DNA of 64,000 bases from Deltaproteobacteria bacterium RIFCSPHIGHO2_02_FULL_40_28 (GCA_001798135.1 MGRJ01000020.1:31513-95512), one strand, 5' to 3'; positions 46,805 through 56,821 are shown, counted from the first letter of the stretch. Notes: generated by a model from the letters alone, not told the origin. A program made the numbers and translations.

Positions 46805-48358
46805 ATGATTATCGAGGCACCGCGCATTAAAAAGGCTTTCTTAGCCAAAATTGAAACACTGTTGGGATCTAACGGCTATTCTACTAAAACCATCGATCGC
46901 TTCAATTATACACGCGATTCTAACTTTAGAAGTACCATTAAGGCTTATTACAACAAAACAGAAGCCGCTCCCGACCTCATCGTTTGGCCTAAAAATACCG
47001 AACAAGTTCAAAAACTAGTTAAGTTAGCTATTCGCCACCGTGTTCCTATTGTGCCATTTGGTGGTGGATCTGGAGTGTCTGGCGGTACCATTGCCGTTAA
47101 AGGTGGAATGATTATCGATATGAAACGGATGCATCGCATTTTAAAGCTCGATACCAAAAATTTACTCGTTACAGCCCAAGCAGGAATGTTGGGTAAAATT
47201 CTTGAAGATGAACTGCAAAGGCAAGGATACACTTTGGGGCATTTTCCTTCTTCTATCCTGTGTGCTAGTTTAGGTGGATACTTGGCTGCCAGGTCGGCAG
47301 GTCAGCAATCTTCTCGTTATGGTAAAATTGAAGACATGGTGCGTGAGATGGAAGTGGTGACTGGCAGAGGAGAAATTGTGAATACGCGTGATGTTTCTAA
47401 TACCAGTGGAATGGATCTCAATCAAATTTTTGTAGGTTCAGAAGGAACCCTTTGTCTTTTTACCACAGCAACGTTGAAAATATATCCCTTACCGGAAACC
47501 CAAAATTTTCAAAGTGTTCGTTTTAAAAATATGCGTACAGCGATAGAAGCCATCAGGCGTATCATGCAATTAGGAATTAAACCCTCGGTTGTGCGATTGT
47601 ATGACAAACTTGATTCTCTTTTGCTGCTTTCTACTAAATCGCCATCGAGAAAAAAAAGAGATGATTTAACTGATATCCTTTCCAAACTTATTAAGTACCA
47701 ATCTTTAAAAACAGCCCTGGCCATGCCTCAATTTTTATCTGCCTTGGTGCATGCTGTTTCTACGGGTTGTGTTGTTATTTTTGTTTTTGAAGGTCATAAG
47801 CGCATTGTAAAAGAAGAAGAACGTCTTGTGATGGAGATTAGTAAAAATATGGGCGGAGAAACATTGGGGCCTGATCCTGCTAAACATTGGATGGAAAATC
47901 GTTATCGTGTTTCTTATGAGGCCTCCCCACTTTTTTATCACGGCCTTTTTACAGATACCATCGAAGTAGCAGGCACCTGGGATGTTCTTCCTGTTCTTTA
48001 CAAAGAAATGATCAAATCTCTTTCTCAGCATGCCCTGATTATGGCGCATCTCTCGCATGTTTATATGGATGGAGGTTCATTTTATTTTACTTTTGTAGCA
48101 CCTCTTACGGGTTCAAAGAAAACAGAGATTCTTTACGATAAAATTTGGGATAAGGCGATGAAGCTTGTTCAAAAGCTAGGCGGAGTTATTAGTCATCATC
48201 ATGGAATTGGTCGATTAAAAATGAAACACATGGCAACTGAATGGGGAAATGGTGCCGAAATTTATTTAAAACTTAAACACTATTACGATCCCTATGGAAT
48301 TATGAATCCAGGAAAACTTTATAGTGCCGATAAAAAAATAATGGAGAAGGCTGCATGA
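46805..48358 (+). CDS. FAD-linked oxidase (GlcD / D-lactate dehydrogenase-like)
   Basis: FAD-binding domain with PFGGGSGVSGG and canonical GMDLNQIFVGSEGTLCLFT...YPLPE block; 517 aa. Confidence 0.8.
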   Translation: MIIEAPRIKKAFLAKIETLLGSNGYSTKTIDRFNYTRDSNFRSTIKAYYNKTEAAPDLIVWPKNTEQVQKLVKLAIRHRVPIVPFGGGSGVSGGTIAVKGGMIIDMKRMHRILKLDTKNLLVTAQAGMLGKILEDELQRQGYTLGHFPSSILCASLGGYLAARSAGQQSSRYGKIEDMVREMEVVTGRGEIVNTRDVSNTSGMDLNQIFVGSEGTLCLFTTATLKIYPLPETQNFQSVRFKNMRTAIEAIRRIMQLGIKPSVVRLYDKLDSLLLLSTKSPSRKKRDDLTDILSKLIKYQSLKTALAMPQFLSALVHAVSTGCVVIFVFEGHKRIVKEEERLVMEISKNMGGETLGPDPAKHWMENRYRVSYEASPLFYHGLFTDTIEVAGTWDVLPVLYKEMIKSLSQHALIMAHLSHVYMDGGSFYFTFVAPLTGSKKTEILYDKIWDKAMKLVQKLGGVISHHHGIGRLKMKHMATEWGNGAEIYLKLKHYYDPYGIMNPGKLYSADKKIMEKAA

Positions 48359-49137
48359 TTACTTTAAACAAAACATCTTTGATAGCCCATGTTGTTTCCC
48401 AGGTTACAGTTGGGGATTATGAAAAATTTCTTAATACTCAGGGCTTAACGGGAGGGTATTATCCCGTGAGTGGATTAGATGTAACGATGGCCGATTGTCT
48501 TAAAGAGCGCACACCCAATCTTTATTTTTTAAAATATGGAGGATTAGATAAGCTGTGTGTTGGAGGCAAAGCCTATACTGCCGAGGGGCAATTATTTGAT
48601 TTAAAAATTGCTCCTCGTTCAGCTACGGGGCCAGATCTTCATTTAGCTATTTTGGGTGAAGGATGGCGGCTAGCTTGCTATCGTGAAGTGGTTTTGCGTC
48701 TTTTTCCAATACCCGAGGCCGAAAGTTGGGGAATTGCTTTTTGTAAAAATAGTGAAGCTGCTTTTGAAATTTTTCGTGCCATGATGGTTTTGATGATTAA
48801 CCCTCTTTTTGCACGTATTCTTGATGATGAAGATCTCGATATTGTAACTCATAAACTTAATCTTCCTAGCGATGGAGATTCTGCTTTGTTTTTTAAGCTC
48901 TCAGGACTGAAATCCATGGTTGAAGCCCAAAAAGATGCCCTCATTCGTTTACATGAAGGTAAAAAAATTATTTTCTATTGGCCCACTAAAATTTCTGAGA
49001 AAACAGAACTCAATTCAAGTTTAATTAACGAAGAAGGTTTAGCGCGAGGTGAAAAACCCACCAAGGGTGAACTTAATTTAATTCGTTATCTCGAAAAAAA
49101 TCCAAACGAGAAGGAAACCCATGTTAGATCAATTTGA
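48355..49137 (+). CDS. Degenerate FAD-oxidase-like subunit (GlcE-like remnant, putative)
   Basis: 260 aa aligning only to the second half of an FAD-binding domain, with the GSEGTLG block degenerated to GEGWRLA; ATGA overlap with the upstream gene. Confidence 0.45.
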   Translation: MITLNKTSLIAHVVSQVTVGDYEKFLNTQGLTGGYYPVSGLDVTMADCLKERTPNLYFLKYGGLDKLCVGGKAYTAEGQLFDLKIAPRSATGPDLHLAILGEGWRLACYREVVLRLFPIPEAESWGIAFCKNSEAAFEIFRAMMVLMINPLFARILDDEDLDIVTHKLNLPSDGDSALFFKLSGLKSMVEAQKDALIRLHEGKKIIFYWPTKISEKTELNSSLINEEGLARGEKPTKGELNLIRYLEKNPNEKETHVRSI

Positions 49138-50242
49138 GAAACAACTTGAATATTGCACTTACTGCCCCAGACTGTGCCAATCGGCCTGCCCCGTGCTTGC
49201 AACAGAAGGGAATGAGGCCCATGCCCCCTGGGGAATTATGCAAACTCTCAATATGGTTCGGCGTGGTGAAATTCCGTTTGATGAAGAAATAGCGGCTTTA
49301 AGTTATCAGTGTTTAACTTGCAAGGCGTGTACCGAACAATGTCATCATGGAAATGAAATTCCACCCGTACTTCATGAGGTGCGAAAACTGGCGGTTAAAC
49401 ACGATTTAGCACCACCTGAGATTACTGGATTTTTAGAAAAATTTCATCGGCATAATAATCCCTTCTCAAAGGATTTACTTCAAAAACTCAAAAAAATAGT
49501 TCCTGCAAAGTATTTCCAAAAAGATACTCCTGTGATTTATTTTGCAAGTTGCACTACCATTGCTCAATGTCCTGAGGTGATTAGGGATACATTTGAATTG
49601 TTTGAAAAACTCAAAATTGATTTTGTAGGAATTTATCCCGAATCCATTCAATGTTGTGGATACCCTCTTATTACGGGGGGATTAGAGGATGAATTTGTTG
49701 AACTGGCTGAAATTAATTTTAATACCTTCAAGCAGTACAAAACCATTATTACAGGTTCTCCTGCCTGTGTCTATACTTTGAGGGAAACTTATAAAGAATA
49801 TGCGCTTGGCTTGGGGTCGCGTGTAGTTTCCATCAATGAGTTTTTAGAACCTTATTTGCACAATATTAATTACCAGATAAAAAAGAGCATTCGTACTAAA
49901 ATCATTTATCATGACCCCTGTTATTCTTGCCGTTATTTGCATGAGGTTGATAGACCCAGAGAATTGATTGGACAAGTTACGGGTATTCAACCTGTGGAAT
50001 TTAATCATCATGGTGAAAAAACTGCCTGCTCGGGTCAGGGTGGATGTTATTCCATTATGAATAAGGATGTTTCGGATCAAATTTGTAAAGTACGATTGGA
50101 AGAAGTTTATGAAAAAAATATTCAAACTATTATTACTCAATGTCCCTCATGCATTCATAAGTTTCGTAAAAATTCTAATCATTTGATTATCAAAGATTTG
50201 GTGAGTTATTTGAACGACTGTATTGAAGGAACCAAAGATTAA
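49121..50242 (+). CDS. (Fe-S)-binding CCG-domain protein (GlcF/GlpC-like)
   Basis: Two ferredoxin-like Cys clusters (CTYCPRLCQSACP; CLTCKACTEQC) and two Cys-rich CCG-type regions. Confidence 0.75.
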   Translation: MLDQFEKQLEYCTYCPRLCQSACPVLATEGNEAHAPWGIMQTLNMVRRGEIPFDEEIAALSYQCLTCKACTEQCHHGNEIPPVLHEVRKLAVKHDLAPPEITGFLEKFHRHNNPFSKDLLQKLKKIVPAKYFQKDTPVIYFASCTTIAQCPEVIRDTFELFEKLKIDFVGIYPESIQCCGYPLITGGLEDEFVELAEINFNTFKQYKTIITGSPACVYTLRETYKEYALGLGSRVVSINEFLEPYLHNINYQIKKSIRTKIIYHDPCYSCRYLHEVDRPRELIGQVTGIQPVEFNHHGEKTACSGQGGCYSIMNKDVSDQICKVRLEEVYEKNIQTIITQCPSCIHKFRKNSNHLIIKDLVSYLNDCIEGTKD

Positions 50243-50245
50243 TTT

Positions 50246-51175
50246 ATGACACGAGATGGAGTTTTTTTAGTGGTTAATCCTCAAGCAGGGAAGGGGAAGC
50301 TTGGTCGTGATTGGCCAAAACTTAAAAAAAATCTTCAAGAGATTCTTCATTTTAATTTTGAATTAACCCAAAAAACAGGGGATGCCACACTTTTAACTCA
50401 GAAAGCTTTAGAAAAGGGATATTCCCTTATTGTTTCCATGGGAGGGGATGGTACCTTAAATGAATGTGTCACTGGTTTTTTAAAAGAAGGCTCCCCCACT
50501 CATCCTAAAGCTACTTTGGGAATTCTTCCTTATGGTCGTGGCTCGGATTTAGCCAGACATTTGGGTATTTCGCGTGATCCCTTGGTGGCTGTTACTCACT
50601 TATTAAGTCGCCAAGTGCAAAGATTAGACGTGGGTAAAATCACTTGGTTTAAAAATGGGCGAAAATCCAAAAGCCGATATTTTATTAACAATGCTTACTT
50701 GGGTGTGGGGGCATCAACAGATTATTGGTCTAGAAGAGCACCCAAATTTTTTGGAGCCACCTCTGGGTATTTGTATGGGCTTGTTCGTGGGGGGCTCACT
50801 TTTAAGCCTCTGTCTGTGCGTGTCATAACCGAAAAAGTAGAAAGGGTTTTTTCAGTTACTAATTTGGTGGTGGCTAATGGTTCTTATTTTGGTGCGGGAA
50901 TGTATGCTTCCCCTAAGGCAGAAGTGGATGATGGATTATTAGACGTGGTGGTTATTAAATCCATGCCACTTTCTAAGTCTTTTCTTTTTATTCCTCGTTT
51001 GTATCGCAAAGATTATATTCGTGATGAGGATGTCGAATTTTTTCGTGCCCGCAAAATTGAGTTATCATCTGCCCGAGAGGGCGATCAAATTCCCATTCAA
51101 ACTGATGGCGATCAAGTAAACGATCTCCCCGTTACCATCGAAATCCTCCCCAAAATTTTAAGATTTAAAGTGTAG
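50246..51175 (+). CDS. Diacylglycerol-kinase-catalytic-domain lipid kinase (YegS-like)
   Basis: DAGK_cat layout with GGDGT motif (SMGGDGTLNE). Confidence 0.8.
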   Translation: MTRDGVFLVVNPQAGKGKLGRDWPKLKKNLQEILHFNFELTQKTGDATLLTQKALEKGYSLIVSMGGDGTLNECVTGFLKEGSPTHPKATLGILPYGRGSDLARHLGISRDPLVAVTHLLSRQVQRLDVGKITWFKNGRKSKSRYFINNAYLGVGASTDYWSRRAPKFFGATSGYLYGLVRGGLTFKPLSVRVITEKVERVFSVTNLVVANGSYFGAGMYASPKAEVDDGLLDVVVIKSMPLSKSFLFIPRLYRKDYIRDEDVEFFRARKIELSSAREGDQIPIQTDGDQVNDLPVTIEILPKILRFKV

Positions 51176-51186
51176 AGTTCTTCTGT

Positions 51187-51212
51187 TATTCCCACGAAGG
51201 TGGAGATCTATC
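51187..51212. repeat. Family-B half-unit (fragment)
   Basis: TTATTCCCACGAAGGTGGAGATCTATC resembles one arm of the family-B unit (compare 28889-28916). Confidence 0.5.
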
Positions 51213-51395
51213 TTAATTTTTTGAAAGAAGTAACTTTTTAAAAGAATGTTTTAAGGATGGATTTTTTTTCCAAATTTCAAACATAAGTTGGCGATAACCA
51301 TCTAGCCAAAGCAAAGTATCCTCTGCCGATAGCTTGGGAGGAGGATTTTTTTTATTCCATTTCGCCCAAATCTTTTTTTCTGAAATCGCCATCAT
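51213..51395 (-). CDS. Hypothetical small protein
   Basis: 60-aa ORF 1 nt downstream of the NTase-like gene; its 3' end runs into a GC-rich repeat fragment, so coding status is uncertain. Confidence 0.3.
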   Translation of the reverse strand: MMAISEKKIWAKWNKKNPPPKLSAEDTLLWLDGYRQLMFEIWKKNPSLKHSFKKLLLSKN

Positions 51396-51396
51396 T

Positions 51397-51885
51397 TTAT
51401 TCCTTAATCATTTTCTTGAGGATCTTAATATCAAACAGATCTTTATCTCTACCAGCAGCTTCTTTTAATTTTATAAGATCCAGAATGCCAAGTACAGGGA
51501 TTATTATGTTAAAAGCCTTTACATTTTTACGTCCTTTATACAATTTTTGAAAGGGCATTGGTTCACGTACGAAAATATCAACGAGTTCAAGTGGATTATC
51601 AGGGTTAAGAAAACTAAAAACAATCATTCCTTTTTCTTTAATCCATTTTTCACGAGATATTTCGTTTGCAAATTCTTTTGGATCAACTGGAACTTTAGGG
51701 ACCAGACCTAATTGGGACATAACCTTTACAAAACCAAGCGTATTTTTTTGCTCCAAATGTACAATCAAATCAAGATCAACAGTTCCTCGATTAATTTGAT
51801 GCAAATTAACAGCAACTCCTCCCGCTACTAGATAACGAATTTTCGCTTTATTGAGCTTTTTAAAAATTTTTATATAAGGAACCAT
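51397..51885 (-). CDS. Hypothetical protein with minimal nucleotidyltransferase-like motif
   Basis: 162 aa; LVAGGVAVNLHQINRGTVDLDLIV resembles the hG[GS]...D.D signature of Pol-beta-fold nucleotidyltransferases. Confidence 0.45.
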   Translation of the reverse strand: MVPYIKIFKKLNKAKIRYLVAGGVAVNLHQINRGTVDLDLIVHLEQKNTLGFVKVMSQLGLVPKVPVDPKEFANEISREKWIKEKGMIVFSFLNPDNPLELVDIFVREPMPFQKLYKGRKNVKAFNIIIPVLGILDLIKLKEAAGRDKDLFDIKILKKMIKE

Positions 51886-51895
51886 ATAAAATTAG

Positions 51896-54574
51896 TTAAG
51901 AAATTAATCCTCGCAACACGTACTGTAAAATGCCACCATTTTTGAAGTATTCAAGCTCTACGGGAGTATCAATGCGTACCAAGGCTTCAAAAGTTTTTTC
52001 TTGAGAATCTTTTTTTGTTTTCACGATGATTTTATTTCCAACCTTAAGCATAGCCATCCCCTCAATTTCAAAAATTTCTTCGCCCGTTAATCCTACACTA
52101 GACGCTGTTTGATTTTCTAAAAATTGCAAAGGTAAGATTCCCATGCCTACTAAATTAGAACGATGAATACGCTCATAAGATTCTGCAATAACAACCTTAA
52201 TTCCCAAAAGCGCTGGCCCTTTAGCTGCCCAATCACGCGATGATCCCGATCCATATTCTTTTCCTGCTAAAATAACCAAAGGAACCCCATCTTTTTGATA
52301 GTTCATGGCAGCGTCAAAAATACTCATGTTTTGATTAGAAGGAAAATGCCGCGTTATCCCGCCTTCTGTTCCAGGAAGTAATAAATTTTTAATGCGAATA
52401 TTAGCAAAAGTACCACGCATCATCACCTCATGGTTTCCACGTCTGGCTCCATATTGATTAAAATCTTTTGGATCAACCCCATGAGACATTAAATATTTTG
52501 CTGCAGGTGAATCTTTAGCAATAGAACCTGCCGGGGAAATATGATCGGTTGTAACGGAGTCTCCAAAAATTGCGAGCACTCGGGCTTTAGTAATATTTTG
52601 GAGGGACTTAGCTGTTTTTTCCATGGTATCAAAAAAAGGAGGTGGCTGGACATAGGTGGAATTTTTATCCCATGCAAAACGATCTCCGCTGGGAACTTTT
52701 AAAGCCTTCCAACGGGCTGCGCCTTCAAAAACTTGGGAATAAGTTTTTTTAAATAAATCACTACTTAAAGCTTTTACCATCACTTCAGAAATTTCTTTTT
52801 CACTGGGCCAAACATCTTTTAAAAAAACATCTTTTCCATTTTTATCTTGCCCTAGGGGCTCGGTGTAAGGATCCCAATTCATTTTACCTGCAATGGCATA
52901 TGCTACAACCAAGGGAGGGCTGGCCAAGTAGTTAGCTCGTACATGGGGGTTAATGCGCCCCTCAAAATTACGATTACCTGATAAAACAGCAGAAACAATG
53001 AGATCAGAATCGGTAATAGCTTTAGCTATCGCATCAGGGAGTGGACCAGAATTACCAATGCAAGTGGTGCAACCATAACCAACCAGATTAAATTTTAAAT
53101 CACTCAAGGGGTCTAAGAGGTTGGCTTTTTGAAGATAGGCTGTAACTGTTTGAGAGCCCGGTGCTAAAGAAGTTTTAACCCAGGGTTTGACTGACAAACC
53201 TTTTTCAACCGCTTTTTTAGCTACAAGGCCTGCAGCTATGAGTATAGAAGGGTTGGAAGTGTTCGTACAAGAAGTAATGGCAGCAATGACCACATCACCT
53301 TGAGAAAGTTCAAAGGAATTTTTCTCCAGCATTACTTTTGTTTTGGTTGATGGATTTGATTTTGAATTTTTTTTAGCTGCTAATAAAGTATTTAAATTGG
53401 TTTCGAAATGTTTTTTAGCTTCAGTTAAAGCAATGCGGTCTTGAGGGCGCGATGGCCCAGCAATACAGGGGACAATGCTTCCCAAATCAAGTTCGATTGT
53501 TTCTGAATAAAGGGGATCAGGAGTTTCATTTGTTCGATAGAGACCCTGAACCTTGGCGTAAGCTTCAACCAGGGCTACTTGTTCATCAGATCTCCCTGAA
53601 AATTTGAGATACTTGATGGTTTCTTCATCGATAGGAAAAATAGCACAAGTACTACCATACTCGGGCGACATATTTCCAATGGTAGCTCTATCAGCTAAAG
53701 AAAGTTCCGATAGGCCTGATCCAAAAAATTCAACAAATTTTCCAACTACCTTTTTTTGGCGGAGTATTTGAGTGACTGTTAAAACTAAATCTGTGGCTGT
53801 TGTTCCTTCCGGAAGTTTTCCCGTTACTTTTACTCCCAAAACTTGAGGGATAAGCATGGTGATGGGTTGGCCCAGCATCACAGCTTCAGCTTCAATACCA
53901 CCAACTCCCCATCCCAACACTCCAAGACCATTCACCATGGTGGTATGACTATCGGTTCCTACAAGAGTATCGGGATAGAGCACCCCTTCATTTTGAAAAA
54001 CAACACGGGATAAAAATTCTAAATTTACTTGATGCACAATTCCTGTATCGGGAGGCACCACTTTAAAATTACGAAAGGCATTTTGTCCCCAACGCAAAAA
54101 AACATAACGTTCTTCGTTTCGGTCGTATTCGTTTTTTTCGTTGATTGCAAAAGACTCTGGTGTGCCAAAAGAATCAACTTGTACAGAATGATCAATCACT
54201 AACTCCGATGGAAAAAGAGGATTGATTTTTTGTGGATCACCTCCCAATCTTTGCATGGCATCACGCATGACAGCTAAATCACACACAGCAGGAACCCCTG
54301 TAAAATCTTGCAGGATAACTCTGGCAGGAGTGAAGTTAATTTCCTGGTGAGGAGGAGCTTTTGGATTCCAACGAGCCAGATTTTCGATGTCTTTAGAAAA
54401 AACAGAAAGATTATTTTCGTTTCGCAGAAGGTTTTCGATTAAAATTTTGATGGAATAAGGAAAGCGCTCAATATCAAACCCTTTTTTGGCAAGGGCTGGG
54501 AGAGAAAAATAAGTGTATTCTTTATTTCCTACTTTTAAAACCGATTGGGTTTGAAAGGTATTGAAAGTTTTCAT
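51896..54574 (-). CDS. acnA: Aconitate hydratase A
   Basis: About 890 aa with aconitase family blocks including SGNRNFEGR; start at MKTFNTFQ gives a YTYFSL block at E. coli-like spacing. Confidence 0.9.
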   Translation of the reverse strand: MKTFNTFQTQSVLKVGNKEYTYFSLPALAKKGFDIERFPYSIKILIENLLRNENNLSVFSKDIENLARWNPKAPPHQEINFTPARVILQDFTGVPAVCDLAVMRDAMQRLGGDPQKINPLFPSELVIDHSVQVDSFGTPESFAINEKNEYDRNEERYVFLRWGQNAFRNFKVVPPDTGIVHQVNLEFLSRVVFQNEGVLYPDTLVGTDSHTTMVNGLGVLGWGVGGIEAEAVMLGQPITMLIPQVLGVKVTGKLPEGTTATDLVLTVTQILRQKKVVGKFVEFFGSGLSELSLADRATIGNMSPEYGSTCAIFPIDEETIKYLKFSGRSDEQVALVEAYAKVQGLYRTNETPDPLYSETIELDLGSIVPCIAGPSRPQDRIALTEAKKHFETNLNTLLAAKKNSKSNPSTKTKVMLEKNSFELSQGDVVIAAITSCTNTSNPSILIAAGLVAKKAVEKGLSVKPWVKTSLAPGSQTVTAYLQKANLLDPLSDLKFNLVGYGCTTCIGNSGPLPDAIAKAITDSDLIVSAVLSGNRNFEGRINPHVRANYLASPPLVVAYAIAGKMNWDPYTEPLGQDKNGKDVFLKDVWPSEKEISEVMVKALSSDLFKKTYSQVFEGAARWKALKVPSGDRFAWDKNSTYVQPPPFFDTMEKTAKSLQNITKARVLAIFGDSVTTDHISPAGSIAKDSPAAKYLMSHGVDPKDFNQYGARRGNHEVMMRGTFANIRIKNLLLPGTEGGITRHFPSNQNMSIFDAAMNYQKDGVPLVILAGKEYGSGSSRDWAAKGPALLGIKVVIAESYERIHRSNLVGMGILPLQFLENQTASSVGLTGEEIFEIEGMAMLKVGNKIIVKTKKDSQEKTFEALVRIDTPVELEYFKNGGILQYVLRGLIS

Positions 54575-54674
54575 GATGAGGGTCACACTAAATGTGGTGG
54601 GCGAGCTTGTCAAGAGCATGAAATCCTTTCTTTACTTCAGAGAAGTAGCAATTTAAGAAGAATAATGAGGGGAT

Positions 54675-54762
54675 GAGAGGGAGGCTTTTGGAGGTTTCGA
54701 GGACTGTCTGACGAGCCTTCAAGGCGAGGAGTTCCGCAGAAACCGGAAAAAGTCTCCCTCCC
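54675..54762 (+). repeat. Family-A GC-rich structured repeat, copy 3
   Basis: Core CGAGGACTGTCTGACGAGCCTTCAAGGCGAGGAGTTCCGCAG with arms GAGGGAGGCTTTT / AAGTCTCCCTCC; between acnA and the secreted-protein gene. Confidence 0.8.
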
Positions 54763-54777
54763 AGCACCATAAATTTT

Positions 54778-55545
54778 ATGAAAAATATTTTTTTCATTTT
54801 TTCTTTTCTTTTTTCTATTTTTTACTTTTCACTGCTGGCTCACGCTGGTTTGGTGATTACAAGCCGTTACGAATCACAGGCTGATAAAATTCAATCAACC
54901 GATAAAGCCATGATAGAAAAAGATCGCATGCGGGTTGATGTTTCTACCCCTGGAAATAATCATCTCATGATTTATCGAGCCGATTTAGGAAAAATGTGGA
55001 TTATTGATCCAGAAAAAAAACAGTACCAAGAACTTTCCAAACAAGAAATTACAGGCATGATGCAAAAAATGCAAGAAGCCACCAAAAGACTTGAAGCTCA
55101 AATGGCATCGATGCCGCAAGCTCAAAGGGAAGCCATGAAAAAAATGATGCCTCAAATGCCAAAGCCAAGTGTAGTTACTTATCAGAAAAAAGCTGATGGG
55201 ATTAAAATTGGAAATTATACTTGTACCCTCTATGAGGGATTTGTGGATCAGAAAAAAGTAAGTGAAATGTGGACAACAGATTTAAAAGCTTTATCTATGA
55301 GCCCAGAAGATTTTGCAGTGATGAATTCTTTTGGTGAAATGTTTGAAGCTATTTCAAAAGATTTTACATCACCCTATAAAATTAGTTCTCTCGGGCTTCC
55401 TATTCGCATGGCTCAATACAATCCCGATGGAAGCCAAAAACATTTAACCGAGGTTGTTTCCATTGAAAGACAAAATACAGATCCCGCTCTTTTTGAGCTT
55501 CCAAAAGATTTTGTAAAACAAAGCAGGGATGATTTTGATGAGTAA
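54778..55545 (+). CDS. Hypothetical secreted protein
   Basis: Signal peptide (FFIFSFLFSIFYFSLLAHA) then a 230-aa Met/Lys-rich domain; no family recognised. Confidence 0.5.
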   Translation: MKNIFFIFSFLFSIFYFSLLAHAGLVITSRYESQADKIQSTDKAMIEKDRMRVDVSTPGNNHLMIYRADLGKMWIIDPEKKQYQELSKQEITGMMQKMQEATKRLEAQMASMPQAQREAMKKMMPQMPKPSVVTYQKKADGIKIGNYTCTLYEGFVDQKKVSEMWTTDLKALSMSPEDFAVMNSFGEMFEAISKDFTSPYKISSLGLPIRMAQYNPDGSQKHLTEVVSIERQNTDPALFELPKDFVKQSRDDFDE

Positions 55546-55861
55546 ATTGAGTTTAATTTATGTAACGGTAGCAAACCTTGATGAGGCTAAAAAAATCGCC
55601 AAGTTTTTAGTGACTGAAAAAAAAGTAGCTTGTGCCAATATTTTACCTGGCGCTACTTCCATCTATCATTGGGAAGGCAAGCTCGAAGAAACCACCGAAT
55701 GTGTGCTGATTGCTAAAACAAAAACTTCCCTTGTGGATGATGTGATTACAGTCGTTAAAAAACTTCATAGTTATTCCTGTCCTTGCATTGTGAGCCTTTC
55801 TATCGACAATGGAAACCCTGATTTTTTGGCTTGGATTGAAAAAGAAACAATAAAAAACTAG
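55529..55861 (+). CDS. cutA: Divalent-cation tolerance protein CutA
   Basis: About 110 aa with CutA1 blocks (YVTVANLDEAKKIAK, ATSIYHWEGKLEE). Confidence 0.85.
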   Translation: MILMSKLSLIYVTVANLDEAKKIAKFLVTEKKVACANILPGATSIYHWEGKLEETTECVLIAKTKTSLVDDVITVVKKLHSYSCPCIVSLSIDNGNPDFLAWIEKETIKN

Positions 55862-55905
55862 AAAAATTAAGAACACATCTAAAAACTCAATTAAAATCTA
55901 AAATT

Positions 55906-55974
55906 GTCATTCCTGCGGAAGCAGGAATCCAGGCTTTTCAAGAGTTTCTGGATCCCTGCTTTCGCAGGGATGAC
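55906..55974. repeat. Family-B palindromic element
   Basis: GTCATTCCTGCGGAAGCAGGAATCCAGGC...GGATCCCTGCTTTCGCAGGGATGAC; sits between cutA and the truncated ATPase ORF. Confidence 0.85.
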
Positions 55975-55990
55975 ATAGAATAGTTTTTTA

Positions 55991-56821
55991 GTGATGCTCT
56001 TAATTACAAATTTACAACATAATGTAAAAATGTATTACAAATTTACAACATGTTGTAAATTTGCTTTGGCATGGGGCTTGCTGCCCTTGGTTGTTTTGAA
56101 CCCAACCGATGCAAAAGACATTCTTGTTTCCTATGTGCACACCTACATCAAGGAAGAAATTAAAGAAGAAGGGCTGATCAGAAAAGCAGAACCCTTTGTA
56201 CGTTTTTTAGAAATTGCAGCCATGATGAATGGCCAACAAATTAATGCGGAAAATATTGCGAGGGATGCAAAAATTCCGCGAAGCACAGTGGATATTTATT
56301 TTTCTATTTTGGAAGATACACTTCTTGGTTATCGGCTTCCCTCTTACCGGCCTAGAGCTAAGGTGCGGGAGCAAACTCATCCAAAATATTATTGGTTTGA
56401 TTCAGGTGTTGCCCGTGCAGCCGCAGGCCTTTTAAACGATGCTCCCGATCCAGCTTGGCTTGGCTATGCCTTGGAAACACTTGTTTATCTTGAACTGAGG
56501 GTTCATAACCATATATCGGGAAAGGAAAGACTTTTATTTTTTTATCGTGTTTCCAATACAATTGAGATCGATTTTATCATTGAAACCCGCAAAGCTGTTA
56601 GTGCCTCCAAGGCCCACGTTGTTTGTGTTGAAGTCAAACATGCAAAAACATGGAACCGAAGATGGGAAACTCCCATGCGGGACTTAGCCTCTTCTGGAAA
56701 GGTGGTGGTGGAGAAAATGTTTGGGGTTTATCAAGGGGATCATCCCTATCATTTTGATGGGGTGGATGTTTATCCCATAGGTGATTTTTTAAAAATCCTT
56801 TACGAAGGGAAGGTTTTTTAG
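55991..56821 (+). pseudogene. 5'-truncated AAA_14/DUF4143-type ATPase gene (DUF4143 portion only)
   Basis: Translation aligns to the C-terminal DUF4143 part of the intact paralogs and lacks the whole P-loop domain. The upstream 129 bp are occupied by a repeat, and the first ~25 codons of the ORF consist of tandem palindromic DNA repeats. Confidence 0.5.
56003..56058. promoter_or_regulatory. Tandem 18-bp direct repeats, each with a palindromic half-site
   Basis: ATTACAAATTTACAACAT at 56003-56020 and 56034-56051; second copy forms the perfect palindrome TTACAACATGTTGTAA; centres about 31 bp apart. Confidence 0.4.
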
